A stretch of DNA of 64,000 nt from Octopus sinensis (GCF_006345805.1 NC_043016.1:28520001-28584000); one strand, 5' to 3'. Numbered from the stretch's first letter, positions 1-11,478 are shown. Notes: a model not told the origin generated them from the letters alone. Translations and numbers: made by a program.

Positions 1-15
1 TTTTACATTAACTTC

Positions 16-18
<3 letters not shown>

Positions 19-67
<49 letters not shown>
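19..67 (+). repeat. (TC)n microsatellite
   Basis: Uninterrupted TC dinucleotide run. Many further (AT)n, (GT)n and (TC)n runs occur across the window and are not all listed. Confidence 0.98.
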
Positions 68-72
<5 letters not shown>

Positions 73-756
73 ATTTAGTTTGACGATTAACCATTTTTTC
101 CCCATGTTATTACATTTAGTTGTTGCATTAAGTGTTTGTAGTAAAGCCTTGGATACTGTAATAAATTACTTGTTTTTGCAGAATGTTGTTACTGTCCTTC
201 TTTTATTCTTATGTGTGTGTGTGTATATGTGTATGTATATATGTGTGTGTGTATGTATATATATGTATGTGTATATATATATATATATATATGTGTGTGT
301 ATATATATTTCAAAATATGTGTGTGCGTATATATATACATACATGTATATGTATATATAGTTGAGGTAAGAAAAAAAGTTTTTCTTTGAGACCTAAAGGT
401 GTCAGGTAATGCTGAATAAGTGCTACAGACAGACCATAGTTAAGTTCTAGATTTGGTAATTTTGCGAATAAGAGATTCAACGATGGTTCTATGTCAGCGT
501 GTGTATATAAGAATTTTTTGCATAATAAGATAAAAAACCAAGGCTTTGTAGATATTAGATATATATATATATATATAATTATAAATATAATTAAGGGTTT
601 AGCAACAAGTTGCTTCACCACATACCGAAAATTTAGAAATAGCAGCCAAAGACAGCTAATTCTTTTCACTACAGATATGACTCCACATATAACAATATTT
701 GTAACTCACATAGGCAAAAATTAGAAAAAATAACAAAATCAAACAGTCTTCAATTA

Positions 757-814
757 ATTATGGACGCGTTTCTGGATTAGAATTATAAAAATTCATTTCT
801 GTCATCAACATAAT
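757..814 (-). ncRNA. Type I hammerhead ribozyme-like motif (C3U variant, imperfect stem II)
   Basis: Minus strand reads ATTATG-TTGATGA-(29 nt containing GAATT/AATTC)-GAAAC-GC-GTC-CATAAT: 6-bp stem I, palindromic ACGCGT stem III, GUC cleavage triplet. Confidence 0.6.
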
Positions 815-1052
815 ATTTCGAGAATTATAAATTTGAAAATGCTAGAAAACCTACCCTTTGCATCTTCGACTGAGCGCCATAGAAACATAACAGAAGGTAG
901 TCAGCACATCCAAATTCATATACACGAGTGGATTCATATTTTCCCTCCAAGATTACCATGTGCGTCACAAGATAGCGCAGAAAGAAAACCGCAGTTTGCT
1001 ATCAGGGAGTGAAATTAATAAATTAATAATTCTTTACCCTATATCTGTAATG

Positions 1053-1128
<76 letters not shown>

Positions 1129-1139
1129 GAAGTACCTCA

Positions 1140-1560
1140 AAGGTCAATTACAAAAAGTGATAGCTGGCATGACAGGCTTGACTATTGAGGTCAACTAGAA
1201 AAGCTCAAACTCTATTCTCTCCAGTGCCGCCATGAGTGCTACATTATCTGCATGATGCAGAAAATATTCCATCATCATTGTCCAAATGATGTTGGCATCA
1301 CCTTTAAGATACACCCAAGACTTGGGCCCTGTGCTATCCACCCACAACATAAATCATACTTGCATCACACAACAAAAATATGGCACAATTATTTCACCTC
1401 AATTGGCCCTGCTCTCTTTAACATTACACCAAAACATTAAAACAGAAACGGACTCCATAAAGTTCAAGAAATCTTTGGAGAAATTCCTTCCAGAAATCCC
1501 AGATAAACTTCCTACACCCGGATATGTCCCTGTAAACAATAACTCTCTACTCGAGTGAGC
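1140..1560 (+). mobile_element. LINE 3' remnant (CR1/L2-like)
   Basis: Broken frames ending ...KFKKSLEKFLPEIPDKLPTPGYVPVNNNSLLE, typical of LINE ORF2 C-termini after the RT domain. Confidence 0.65.
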
Positions 1561-1665
1561 TCTGTTGTCCAATTCCTTATTTGAATGACTTTGCCTGGTG
1601 GTGCTATTAAGTTAGACATGGCCTGGGCCAATACAGGCTGAAACCTATCAGAGTATATGTATATG

Positions 1666-1696
<31 letters not shown>

Positions 1697-1850
1697 CATC
1701 ATCATCATCATCATCATCATCATTTAGCGTCCGTTCTCCATGCTAGCATGGGTTGGACGGTTCGACTGGGGTCTGTGAAGCTGGAAGGCTTCATCAGGCC
1801 CAGTCAGATCTGGCAGTGTTTCTACGGCTGGATGCTCTTCCTAACGCCAA
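1697..1850 (-). mobile_element. RTE LINE 3' tail fragment
   Basis: (CAT)n followed by ttagcgtccgttctccatgctagcatgggttggacgg, the same terminus as the RT-bearing RTE copies at 19425-20310 and 27345-30225. Confidence 0.85.
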
Positions 1851-1929
1851 CATGTGTGTATACATATATATTTATTTACATGTGTATATGTGCATATATA
1901 TATATATACATTTACACGTATGTATGTGC

Positions 1930-1960
<31 letters not shown>

Positions 1961-2512
1961 AATATATTTACACATATATGTATATGCATATGTACACGCA
2001 TACATGTACATGCCTTCATACATATATAGGTATAGGATGTCAAAGAAATGTGAGCAAAATGAGAACTTTTTTTTGAACAACGAAAGAAACAAATAGAGAA
2101 ACAAGACAGGCAACATAAAGAATATTCCCGTCATCAGTTTTCCCCTATTTTATCTACGACGCGTTTCGAAGGTAGGAGCAAGATGCGACTTCTTTAAAAC
2201 AGTCCTTCCTGCAAAGAGAAACAAAATTTGGAGAAACAAGCTTTGACATATATGTGTAAATATATATTGGAAGGTTTGGAGATGATGTACAGGTATTATA
2301 TATTAGAAGAAATGAGGTAATCAGAAGATCGGATGGTTTATATTTACAAATATTTATTTATATATTACATTTATATATATACATATCATATCACTTAGAT
2401 CATTAGCGCTTCTCCCATTCTAGTGGGGTTTTCAAATCAAACTAAGTTGATTTGTAAATATGTGTAAATATATATTGTGGGTGTGTGTAAATATATATAC
2501 ATATGAATAAAA

Positions 2513-2609
<97 letters not shown>

Positions 2610-2732
2610 CATATATATATATATACACATACATATATATATATATATATAAATCATCTGTTCAAAGATTTTATTCACCTAGTTACAGTGGAATACATCG
2701 GTCAGTAGTGACACCTGCTGGTTCTGGCTACG

Positions 2733-2772
2733 CTGCATTGATAAAGGGCAACACACTGAAACATGTCTGCAG
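2733..2772 (+). ncRNA. Minimal type I hammerhead motif, U3-A8 variant (copy 1, one stem II mismatch)
   Basis: CTGCA-TTGATAA-AGGG-CAACA-CACT-GAAAC-AT-GTC-TGCAG. Confidence 0.6.
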
Positions 2773-3091
2773 ATGTCTGACTAGCAAGGTGAAGCGGCTG
2801 ACCTCCCCTGTTCGAAGGTTGTAATGGATGCAGGTTTGTGTGTCAAATAGCTAGCTAGAGGCGGTGGCCTCTTGGAGCTAATCAGCGACAGCTTTAGTCT
2901 TATTTATAGACTGCCATATTAGTATGGCGATAACTATTAATACCCAGTAACGCTGCCGTAATCTCCTTTAGAGAGACTTAGTAATTTTAATATTTCTATT
3001 ATTGAAAACAAGTGGATGTATTCCACTGTAACTAGGTAAATAAAATCTTCGAACAGATGCTCAGTAGCAACACCTGCTGGTTCTGGCTACG

Positions 3092-3132
3092 CTGCATTGA
3101 TAAAGGGCAACAACCCTGAAACATGTCTGCAG
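3092..3132 (+). ncRNA. Minimal type I hammerhead motif, U3-A8 variant (copy 2)
   Basis: CTGCA-TTGATAA-AGGG-CAACAA-CCCT-GAAAC-AT-GTC-TGCAG: 5-bp stem I, 4-bp stem II, palindromic ACATGT stem III, GUC site. Confidence 0.72.
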
Positions 3133-3331
3133 GTGTCTGACTAGCAAGGTGAAGCAGCTGACCTCCCCTGTTCGAAGGTTGTAATGGACGCAGGTTCGTG
3201 TGTCAAATAGCTAGCTAGAGGCGGTGGCCTCTTGGAGCTAATCAGCGACAGCTTTAGTCTTATATTTATAGACTGCCATATTAGTATGGCGATAACTATT
3301 AATATATATATATATATATATTTACACATAT

Positions 3332-3500
3332 ATCATTATCATCATCATTTAACGTCCACTTTCCATGCTTGCATGGGTTGGACGATTTGACTGTGGACTG
3401 GCAAACCAGATGGCTGCACCAGGCTCCAATCTGATCTGGCAGAGTTTCTACAGCTGGATGCCCTTCCTAACGCCAACCACTCCGAGAGTGTAGTGGGTGC
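3332..3500 (-). mobile_element. RTE LINE 3' tail fragment
   Basis: catcatcatttaacgtccactttccatgcttgcatgggttggacg ... gatgcccttcctaacgccaaccactccgagagtgtagtgggtgc. Confidence 0.85.
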
Positions 3501-4089
3501 TATGTCAAAACATGTTTCTCCAGTGTTAGCCACCTCACCTTATCATGGCTTAACAGCCCTTACTGTTTTTACTGTCCTGTTTTTGTTACCAACTTTAACC
3601 CTCTGCAAATACCAAATTTTATTTAATTTGCTTTGCAGGAGTAACTGTTTTTGACAAAAGCACATCTTGTCGTAAATGCTCAAAATGTGGAGTAGATAAA
3701 ACAGCCGACAACTGATGGAGGGTTGTTCTTTATGTTGCTTGTCTTGTTTTCCATTTGTTCCTTTCATTGTTTGCAAAAGAGTTCATATTCCATGTTTTTG
3801 TATATCATGTTGTTTACGTTCAATGATGTCCTGCACCCATATATGCATGTGTATATATATATATATATGTAAGTATCTACGTATATGTATTTATACATGC
3901 ATATATATATATATGTGTGTGTGTGTACATATATATGCATATATATATATATACATGCATATATATCTATATCTATATATATATATATATATATTCAACA
4001 ATTGAGGGTAAAATTAATTAATTAATTAATCAATTTCACCAAGTATTCAGTATGCAAAGGGACCATTTAAGGCAAATTCAAATTATTAC

Positions 4090-4278
4090 ATTATATAAAA
4101 GGGCTTAGTAAATAAATTACTTTGCCGCATACTGAACTCGTTAGAAATAGCAGCTAAAAAAACTATTTCTATCACTTAAAGAAAAGAGGTTTTCTTTAAG
4201 TGTTAGAAATAGTTTTTTTAGCTGCTATTTCTAACGAGTTCAGTATGTGGCAAAGTAATTTATTTTACTAAGCCCTTT

Positions 4279-4286
<8 letters not shown>
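4090..4286. repeat. Near-perfect fold-back palindrome, about 96-bp arms, 4-nt loop
   Basis: Left arm 4090-4185 is the reverse complement of 4190-4286 with two substitutions and one indel; loop GAGG. Confidence 0.92.
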
Positions 4287-4310
<24 letters not shown>

Positions 4311-4354
4311 CTATATCTATCTATCTATATATATATATATTCATATATGTATCT

Positions 4355-4570
4355 GTTATTTTTATCTTTCACTTGTTTCAGTCATTAAACTGCAGCTATG
4401 CTGGGGCTCTGTCTTGAAGAATTTTTAGTTGAATGAATTGACCCCATTACTTAATTTTTTGCTAAGCCTGGTACTTATTCTGTTGGTTTCTTTTGCTGAA
4501 CCATGAAGTTACGGGAGATGTAAACATACCAACACTGGATATCAAGCAGTGGTGAGGCAAAAACATAAAA
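4355..4570 (-). mobile_element. tRNA-derived SINE family A, 3' portion
   Basis: cacttgtttcagtcattaaactgcagctatgctggggc... matches the tail of the full copies at 8992 and 57353. Confidence 0.75.
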
Positions 4571-4622
4571 ATACACATACATTGGCCTTCATAAATATAT
4601 ATATATATGTGTGTGTGTGTGT

Positions 4623-4957
4623 GAAAGCACATGGCTCAGTGGTTAGAGCGTCAAGCTTATGATCGCAAGGTTGTGAGTTCAAATCCCGGAACAGGCTGTG
4701 TGTTGTGTTCTTGAGCAAGACACTTTATTTCACGTTACTCCAGTTCACTCAGCGGTAGAAATGAGTTGCAACGTCACAGGTGCCAAGCTGTATCGGCCTT
4801 TGCCTTTCCCTTGGATAACACTGGTGGCATGGAGAGGGGAGGCCGGTATGCATGGGTGACTGCTGGTCCTTCATAAACAACCTTGCCCTGACTTGTGCCT
4901 GGGAGGGTAACTTTCTAGGTACAATCCCATGGTCAGTCATGACTGAAGGGGGTATCA
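4623..4957 (+). mobile_element. tRNA-derived SINE family B
   Basis: Pol III A box (tggctcagtggttag) and B box (gtgagttcaaatccc) followed by gtgttcttgagcaagacacttt central domain; no tRNA acceptor stem. Confidence 0.85.
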
Positions 4958-5159
4958 GCATATATATATATTATATATATATATATATATATACATAATG
5001 GGCTTCTTCCAGTTTTTGTTTACCAAATCTACTCATAAGGCTTTTGTTGGCCTGAGGCTACAGTAGAAAACACTTGCCCCTATGTAGCTACATAGACAGA
5101 TACATAGATGCAGGTAGGTAGGTTGGTATAATAAGCCAAAATATATACAAGCAGTTACA

Positions 5160-5770
5160 AGGTATCAAATCATTTTATAACATATTGAAGAGAGAACAAA
5201 AATATAGCAGTAAACCAGGAAAGATCTGGAAGGTGAAAATTCGGCATAGACAGGTACACACATACCAGGATGAGATAGAAGAGAATTGAAGAAGGTCTTA
5301 GTGACTATAATAGGTAAGTAAAATCCATACAATTTCTGGTGAAAACTTTGCAAATGATGGATAGGAAAGTGCAGGTAGTACTTTACAGCTGTTTCTAGGA
5401 AGGTTGCATATTAGTAGCAGATCTGTGTGATTTTGCCTACCACAGAATGTTATAAGAAATCCATCCTATCATCATCAGAAGAAGATATAAATCAGCAGGG
5501 AAAATAGAATGTGTCTAGATAATGAGGTAGATAGATCAATGGTCCAATTAGAATAGGGAGAAATATTGACGAAATGTACCAGATGGGTTTTTTTAAGGAT
5601 ACAGAGTCAGAAATAGATATCTAAAAGAATGAGTTAATAGAAGGATATAAAAATGAAGGGTGAGACTGGAGAGAGAAAGTAAGGCTGGGGAAGATATTAA
5701 AGAGATGGTAATGAGGAGTGGCACAGATATAAAGTCATGAAAAGGTCGGGGAGAATGGGAAAGAAAATGA
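5160..5770 (-). mobile_element. Decayed purine-rich retroelement remnant (probably Penelope-like)
   Basis: Strand-skewed decayed sequence similar in style to 36850-37480 and 59390-60300; contains a hammerhead-like motif at 5381-5481. Confidence 0.4.
5381..5481 (-). ncRNA. Decayed type I hammerhead-like motif
   Basis: Minus strand: CTT-CTGATGA-(TGA)-TAGGATGG...CCTTCCTA-GAAAC-AGCT-GTA-AAG. Confidence 0.45.
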
Positions 5771-5779
5771 AGAGAAGAT

Positions 5780-6100
5780 ACATGGTGGTATCGAAAAGTT
5801 CCTGCATGCACATTGACAACTAGCAGTGATCTTCATGAGGCAGTGTGCCGAGTGACATTGCTGTGTTTATGTTGTAAATTGTGAAATTTGTGCATTTGAG
5901 ATCACATGTATGCTGTAGTCTGTAATTTTGTCATGGATGAAAACAGCCAATGGGAAATTTTGTGTGAAACTTGGGAAGTTTGAGCATGCTTTGGCAAGCT
6001 TATGGCAATCAAGCAATGGGTCATAGACAATGTTTCAAGTTCTGGTGGTGATTCAGCTATAAGAACAAGGTCATCAGCATAGATGATTTCTGTTATTGCC
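5780..6100 (+). mobile_element. Mariner transposon 5' remnant
   Basis: tatcgaaaagttcctg TIR-like start and aaattttgtgtgaaacttgggaag (KFCVKLGK), the mariner transposase N-terminal motif. Confidence 0.65.
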
Positions 6101-6130
6101 TAGATGACTATGTATGTATATATATATATA

Positions 6131-6630
6131 TCATCATCATCATCATCATCATCATCGTCATTTAATGTCTGATTTCCATGCTGGCATGGGTTGGACAGTT
6201 TGACTGAGGACTGGCAAGCTAGAAGGCTGCACCAGGCTCCAATCTGATCTGGCAATGTTTCTACAACTGGATGTCCTTCCTAATGCCAACCACTCCAAGA
6301 GTGTAGTGGGTGCTTTTACATGCCACCGGCATGAGGGCAATCAGCCGGTTTCTGGCAACAACCACGCTCAAAAGGTGTTTTTTATGTGCTACCTACAAAG
6401 GAGCCAGACTGGTGGTATTGGCAACAACCATGCTTGAATGTTGTTTTTCATGTGCCAGTAAGGCAACGCTGGCAATGATCACACTCGAATGGCACTTTTT
6501 ATGTACCACTGACACAGGAGCCAATTCACGGCTCTGGCAGCAATCATGCTTGGATGTGCTTTTAATGTTCCACTGGCAGGAGTGCCAATCAGGCGGTAGT
6601 GTCATCGGCCACATCGGCGATTTTGATTTT
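6131..6630 (-). mobile_element. RTE LINE 3' UTR
   Basis: (CAT)n tail, ccatgctggcatgg stem and diverged internal tandem units. Confidence 0.85.
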
Positions 6631-6967
6631 GTTAAATAACCACCTAAAGGATATTAAATATCTGAAGAATTTATTGGTTTTTATTACCTATATCAATAAC
6701 AATGTTATGAACTAATGCTCTTAACAAATAGGTAAATAAATAAAATAAACATACAGTTTATCAATATAAAAATATAAATAAGAAATGGAAACCAAAACAA
6801 TAAATCAAACAGTTAATAATTTAATAATTTAATCATTAAATGATAAATTCAATTCAGTTTAATTATTTTATACAAACAATAACACATCTCATATAAATAC
6901 AGCTGTTTCCACTCCACTAATAAAACTTGGTTTTATTCATGAATTATTGTTTTGATTTCCATTTCTT

Positions 6968-7015
<48 letters not shown>

Positions 7016-8991
7016 TTATTTAATCTCATCAGACATTGCCTTTTATACTTTACTGATTTGCCTTTTTTAACCATTTGTATTTCATCCTTCTTTCTCTTCT
7101 ACCCTAATTATAATGTTTCTATTAATTCAAGACAAAGTGTTTTATTACTTCAAATCCCACTCCAAAACTTTGTTTGAATATTTTTTCTTTTTTTTTTTTT
7201 TAGGTAGGAGAGCAGAAATCCTGACTGACATTTGAAGTGTGATTTCAGTATTACATCACTGGGATACATAATTACATATTCACACACACACACACATGCA
7301 ACAGGATTTAAATTTGTGTTAATATTAGTTTCATGCTGTGAAAAGATGATGGTCAGACAAGCTTGCATGCTGTGCCATGTTGTTCCAGGCAATGATTCAG
7401 ATGCAAATATACAAGATGGTTGCACTTTGAGAAAAAAATGAGAAAGGAAAATAGGCAGGTAAAAGAAATATGTAGAATGGGAAAAAAGAAAATTACAAGC
7501 TACATCCTTCAAATCAGAATTAATATCATTGGTGTAAATTAATTCAATGGAAAGAACGAGATGGTTGTGTTTTCAAGTTCAATAAAAGAAACTTGTCCAG
7601 ATGCTTACATTTAATAAAAATTTCAGATCTAGACTTTAGTTAGTCAGTAGAGTTCTTGAATTTAAAAAGGATATGAGGTCTTGGTTAAACAAAGCCTGCA
7701 TCTCTTATCCATGAATGCATGGCAGTGATCATTCCATGATGCTTCACTTGGGATGTGTGGTGTGTAGTGTATAGTTGGCCTTTAGGTCTCAGATATGGCT
7801 AGCTAACTTCATGGACATTTTCTTATCTATGTTTTGGAAAGAAAACTGGTCATTCTTGTATTTTTCTTCAAATCACTTTCACATATACCAATATACTTTT
7901 TCTTTTGAATTTCATTATCTTGGAGCACTGAAGCAACTTCAGCTTCATAAACCAATGAGCTAATCATGCATACCTAGTTGACTGGATAAGTCTCTAGGTC
8001 TCAACAGTTACAACTTGGAGTGTGCACCTGGTGTAACCTGTGAGTGTTAATACTTTGCATATTGTGGCAGCATCTGTGTAAAACTTTCACTGAACGTTTG
8101 TTAAAACTTTTCCTGTATCTATGGTTATCTATAAAATAAATCTCTATTAGGGCCAAGAATTTTCTACCTACGTTTGTCTTAACATTCAAAGAAAGGTCTA
8201 TTTTTAGCCTTTGTATTTTTAATTATAAGTTATGTTACATCACTGGGATATATATATTATTTTTATGATTTGATTAAGGCATGAAGAGCTGCAACCGTTA
8301 CTGTTTACAGGTCAACCTTGACTGGTGCAGAAAAATACAAAATAAAAAACCCCATGGTTCATTAGTTGGAGCAGCAGGAAACAACTCAATATTATATCAA
8401 ATTATCTTGAGAACAGAGGGGTAGGTTGAATGCTTGCAGAAGTGTTAACTTCTCTGAAGAAAAACATCAAGTGGTAGTAGTGTTTGGCATGCCACCAGAA
8501 ATTGAAATACATTTAAGTATTCCTTTCTTTTTGCATGAATTGATGTTATTTTTATAATTATGCAATGTAATTCAAGGAAGATTAGTTTGCTATTTCTTGC
8601 AAGTCAGGTGATCATAGAGAAGCTCCCTTGTTGCCTCATCCAAAAGTGTTGTTCTGAATGCATACATTCAAGACAAAATTTTTTGTATGCTGTGTGTACT
8701 TCCTTTGCACCAGTAGTTCAGTGATTCTAGCAATTGTTATCTACATTGAAAAATACCAGTTTACAAATCATTTCTATCAGATATTAATCACATATAAACA
8801 CATGGTGATTGTGTGTATATATACAGAGAGAGAGAGAGAGGGTGATAAATAAGTCACAAAAAAAGTGAGGTTATATGGTAAAGAGACAAATATCCAAATA
8901 ATTCTTCAAGTTAGAGAAGCAAAACACATACCAAGAATAGAATAGAAATACAAAACAAAACAACAATGATTGAAAAATTTGTACAATTATA

Positions 8992-9378
8992 GGCGTAGGA
9001 GTGGTTGTGTGGTAAGTAGCTTGTATACCAACCACATGGGTCCGGGTTCAGTTCCACTGCGTGGCACCTTGGGCAAGTGTCTTCTACTATAGCCTCGGGT
9101 CGACCAAAGCCTTGTGAATGGATTTGGTAGAGGAAACTGAAAGAAGCCTGTCGTATATATGTATGTATGTATGTGTTTGTATATGTTTGTGTGTCTGTGT
9201 TTGGCACCCCCAACATCGCTTGACAACTGATGCTGGTGTGTTTATGTCACTGTAACTTAGCAGTTTGGCAAAAGAATAAGTACTAGGCTTACAAAGAATA
9301 AGTCCTGGGGGTCGATTTGCTTGACTAAAGGTGATGCTCCAGCATGGCCACAGTCAAATGACTGAAACAATTAAAAGA
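8992..9378 (+). mobile_element. tRNA-derived SINE family A, full length
   Basis: ggcgtaggagtggttgtgtggtaag head, gggttcagttcc B box, gcaccttgggcaagtg CORE-like block, tail ...cagtcaaatgactgaaacaa. Confidence 0.9.
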
Positions 9379-10355
9379 GTAATTAAAAATGCACCAGTGA
9401 AAGAAACCTTATCTAAATTTTCACACATATATAATGTACATCCGTGATTTTTTCAAATGTGATTCTTAAATGGAGATGTAAACATGGGGCACTGGTAAAA
9501 CTGCTCCTTGGTCATTAATAAAGCTTGTTCTTTTTGATTGAACAATGAATAGCCATGAGAGTAGTGCTGAGTGTCAGGAAGTTGTTTTACCATGACATGC
9601 TCTGTGGGTCAAGTAAGAAGGAGACTCGCTTTTTGATGTCTCCAAGCAGAACTCTAATAGTCTGTAGTGTCCAGTATTGGGGGTTTACTCATTCTTGATA
9701 TTTATTGAAAGTGACCTTTACCCTAGTCTGTTCAGTGACAATAACCTGGCAATCATTTACAATATATACATGCACATCATGAACAGAGTTTGAAAGTATC
9801 CGTTAGATAACCTAACAACAGCTAACTTTCTAAATATTACTTGAGATTTTAAGACAGATAAGCAACGCCCCTACAGAAAGTCAAATTAGGTGACATTATA
9901 CAAACAGTCACTTTCTTTTCTGCCAGCTATAATTATCAACTTGGTTGATGGTATAATGAGGAGAATCTCCAGTCTATATTCAGACAAAGCAATTCTCAAC
10001 AAAATATTCTTTTATAATGAGTTTCAAACCAGGAAAAGCTAACTCAGTGAAAAGCTTGTTTACATCAAGAACTCTATATTAGAAGAATGCTAAGGAAAGG
10101 AAAGTAAGCTGGTTTCTCCACCCCTGCATACACACATACATATATACAACATTGATGCTTCCATGAATTTATCTAGGTATTTTGTATCCCTTGTAAGGTT
10201 TCACTACCCACAAACAAAATACCTTAAGCTCATTAATGCATACAATGTTTAGGTTAGCTATTCATGCCTAAACAACGTTGCTTCCATTGTTAGACTAGTT
10301 AGAAACATGAATTTTCACAGCTCTCTCCCCAAGAGTTATCTTGTAATTTTTGACA

Positions 10356-10424
10356 TCAGTCACATTGTCTGCCCAAATGATCTTGCATTTCTGCAGGTAC
10401 CACATCAAGTTCAATGCTAACAAC
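10356..10424 (-). CDS. Candidate terminal coding exon of an unidentified host gene
   Basis: ctttcag acceptor then VVSIELDVVPAEMQDHLGRQCD*; in phase with the exon at 10509-10564 across an 84-nt GT-AG intron. Confidence 0.55.
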   Translation of the reverse strand, partial: VVSIELDVVPAEMQDHLGRQCD

Positions 10425-10508
10425 CTGAAAGCTGTTACAATCAATATCTGCTCTTTAGTTCTAGGAACAAGGAAAACAGCCCATTCTTGTGGTATGTGAA
10501 ACCCTTAC

Positions 10509-10564
10509 TTTAACTTGATCTACTCCATTTGCCAATGGATCATGTAACTGTACACTTTGCCAGT
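10509..10564 (-). CDS. Candidate internal coding exon
   Basis: tttttcag acceptor, gtaagg donor, frame xWQSVQLHDPLANGVDQVK. Confidence 0.55.
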
Positions 10565-11017
10565 CTGAAAAATATCAGATACTGAAACAACTCGTAATAT
10601 CCTTCAATAAAGAATCTGCGATGTTGTCTAACTACTGTCACAAACACCATTTTTCCTGGAGAAATTTCAGCTGGTTGTATGTTCTGAACCAAGCAAAATT
10701 GATGATTAATTTTCACCATCAAACTATGTAGAGTAATTTCCCTTACCAATGAATATACACCTTAGCCCGGTAGTCTCCCTTACAATTTACTGATAAAATT
10801 TGTAAACATCTTTATCTACCTTAATCTAATAGAACCGACCATAACTAATGAGCACTAACTTTACCCATCTCTATTCATGCATTGATGCTGAAAGATCAAA
10901 AACATACTTTGTATCAATGTCAAACGAATATATTATCTGTGCAGAATATATTTCATGCTCTTTCATTGTACACACACACACACACACACATGCATGCACA
11001 TACACACATACATTTAT

Positions 11018-11057
<40 letters not shown>

Positions 11058-11269
11058 GTATATTTGACTATCTATTATCTAACTAAGTATATAGAGACAC
11101 ACATACAAACATATATACACATATATATATAAAGTTAGAGTTTCTGGTGAATTTTAACATCACAATTACCTTGTATTTCTCATCTTCATCATTATACAAC
11201 CATGTTTCATGCTAGCATGGGCTGAACAGTTGAATAATGATGATGATGATGATAATCCTTTCTATTAAA

Positions 11270-11475
11270 GGCACAAGGTAGAAATTTTGTGGGAGGGGAC
11301 TAGTTGATTACATCTATCTCAGTACATGACTGGTACTTCATTGACCCCTACAAGGATGAAAAGCAAAGTCGACCTTTTCAGAATTTGAACTCAGAATGTA
11401 GTGATGGACAAAAGCATTTTGCATACTACAAAGCATTTTGTCCAGCATGTTAATGATTCTGCCAGCTCGCTGCCT

Positions 11476-11478
<3 letters not shown>
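11270..11478 (-). mobile_element. tRNA-derived SINE family C
   Basis: Reverse complement contains gagttcaaattc B box and gctttttcatccttgtaggggtcaat central block, as in copies at 34040 and 41170. Confidence 0.75.

Larger units (their letters stand above)
2655..3302 (+). mobile_element. Partial tandem repeat (360-bp period) with hammerhead motifs; Penelope terminal repeat or retrozyme-like
   Basis: 2701-2941 and 3061-3302 are near-identical direct copies; 2655-2699 is the reverse complement of 3015-3059; each copy carries a hammerhead-like core. Confidence 0.75.

Noticed and set aside
2125-2175. GAAACGCGTC plus CTGATGA on the minus strand
   Set aside because: The elements are in permuted order without pairing stems; probably pieces of a rearranged Penelope terminus.
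4623-4700. tRNA gene
   Set aside because: A and B boxes are present but there is no acceptor stem, and the sequence runs into a SINE body; the same holds for the heads at 8992, 57353 and others.
8314-8423. Plus-strand spliceable frame VNLDWCRKIQNKKPHGSLVGAAGNNSILYQIILRTEG
   Set aside because: Splice sites are plausible but there is no phase-compatible neighbour or recognisable domain, and such frames arise by chance in AT-rich UTR-like DNA.
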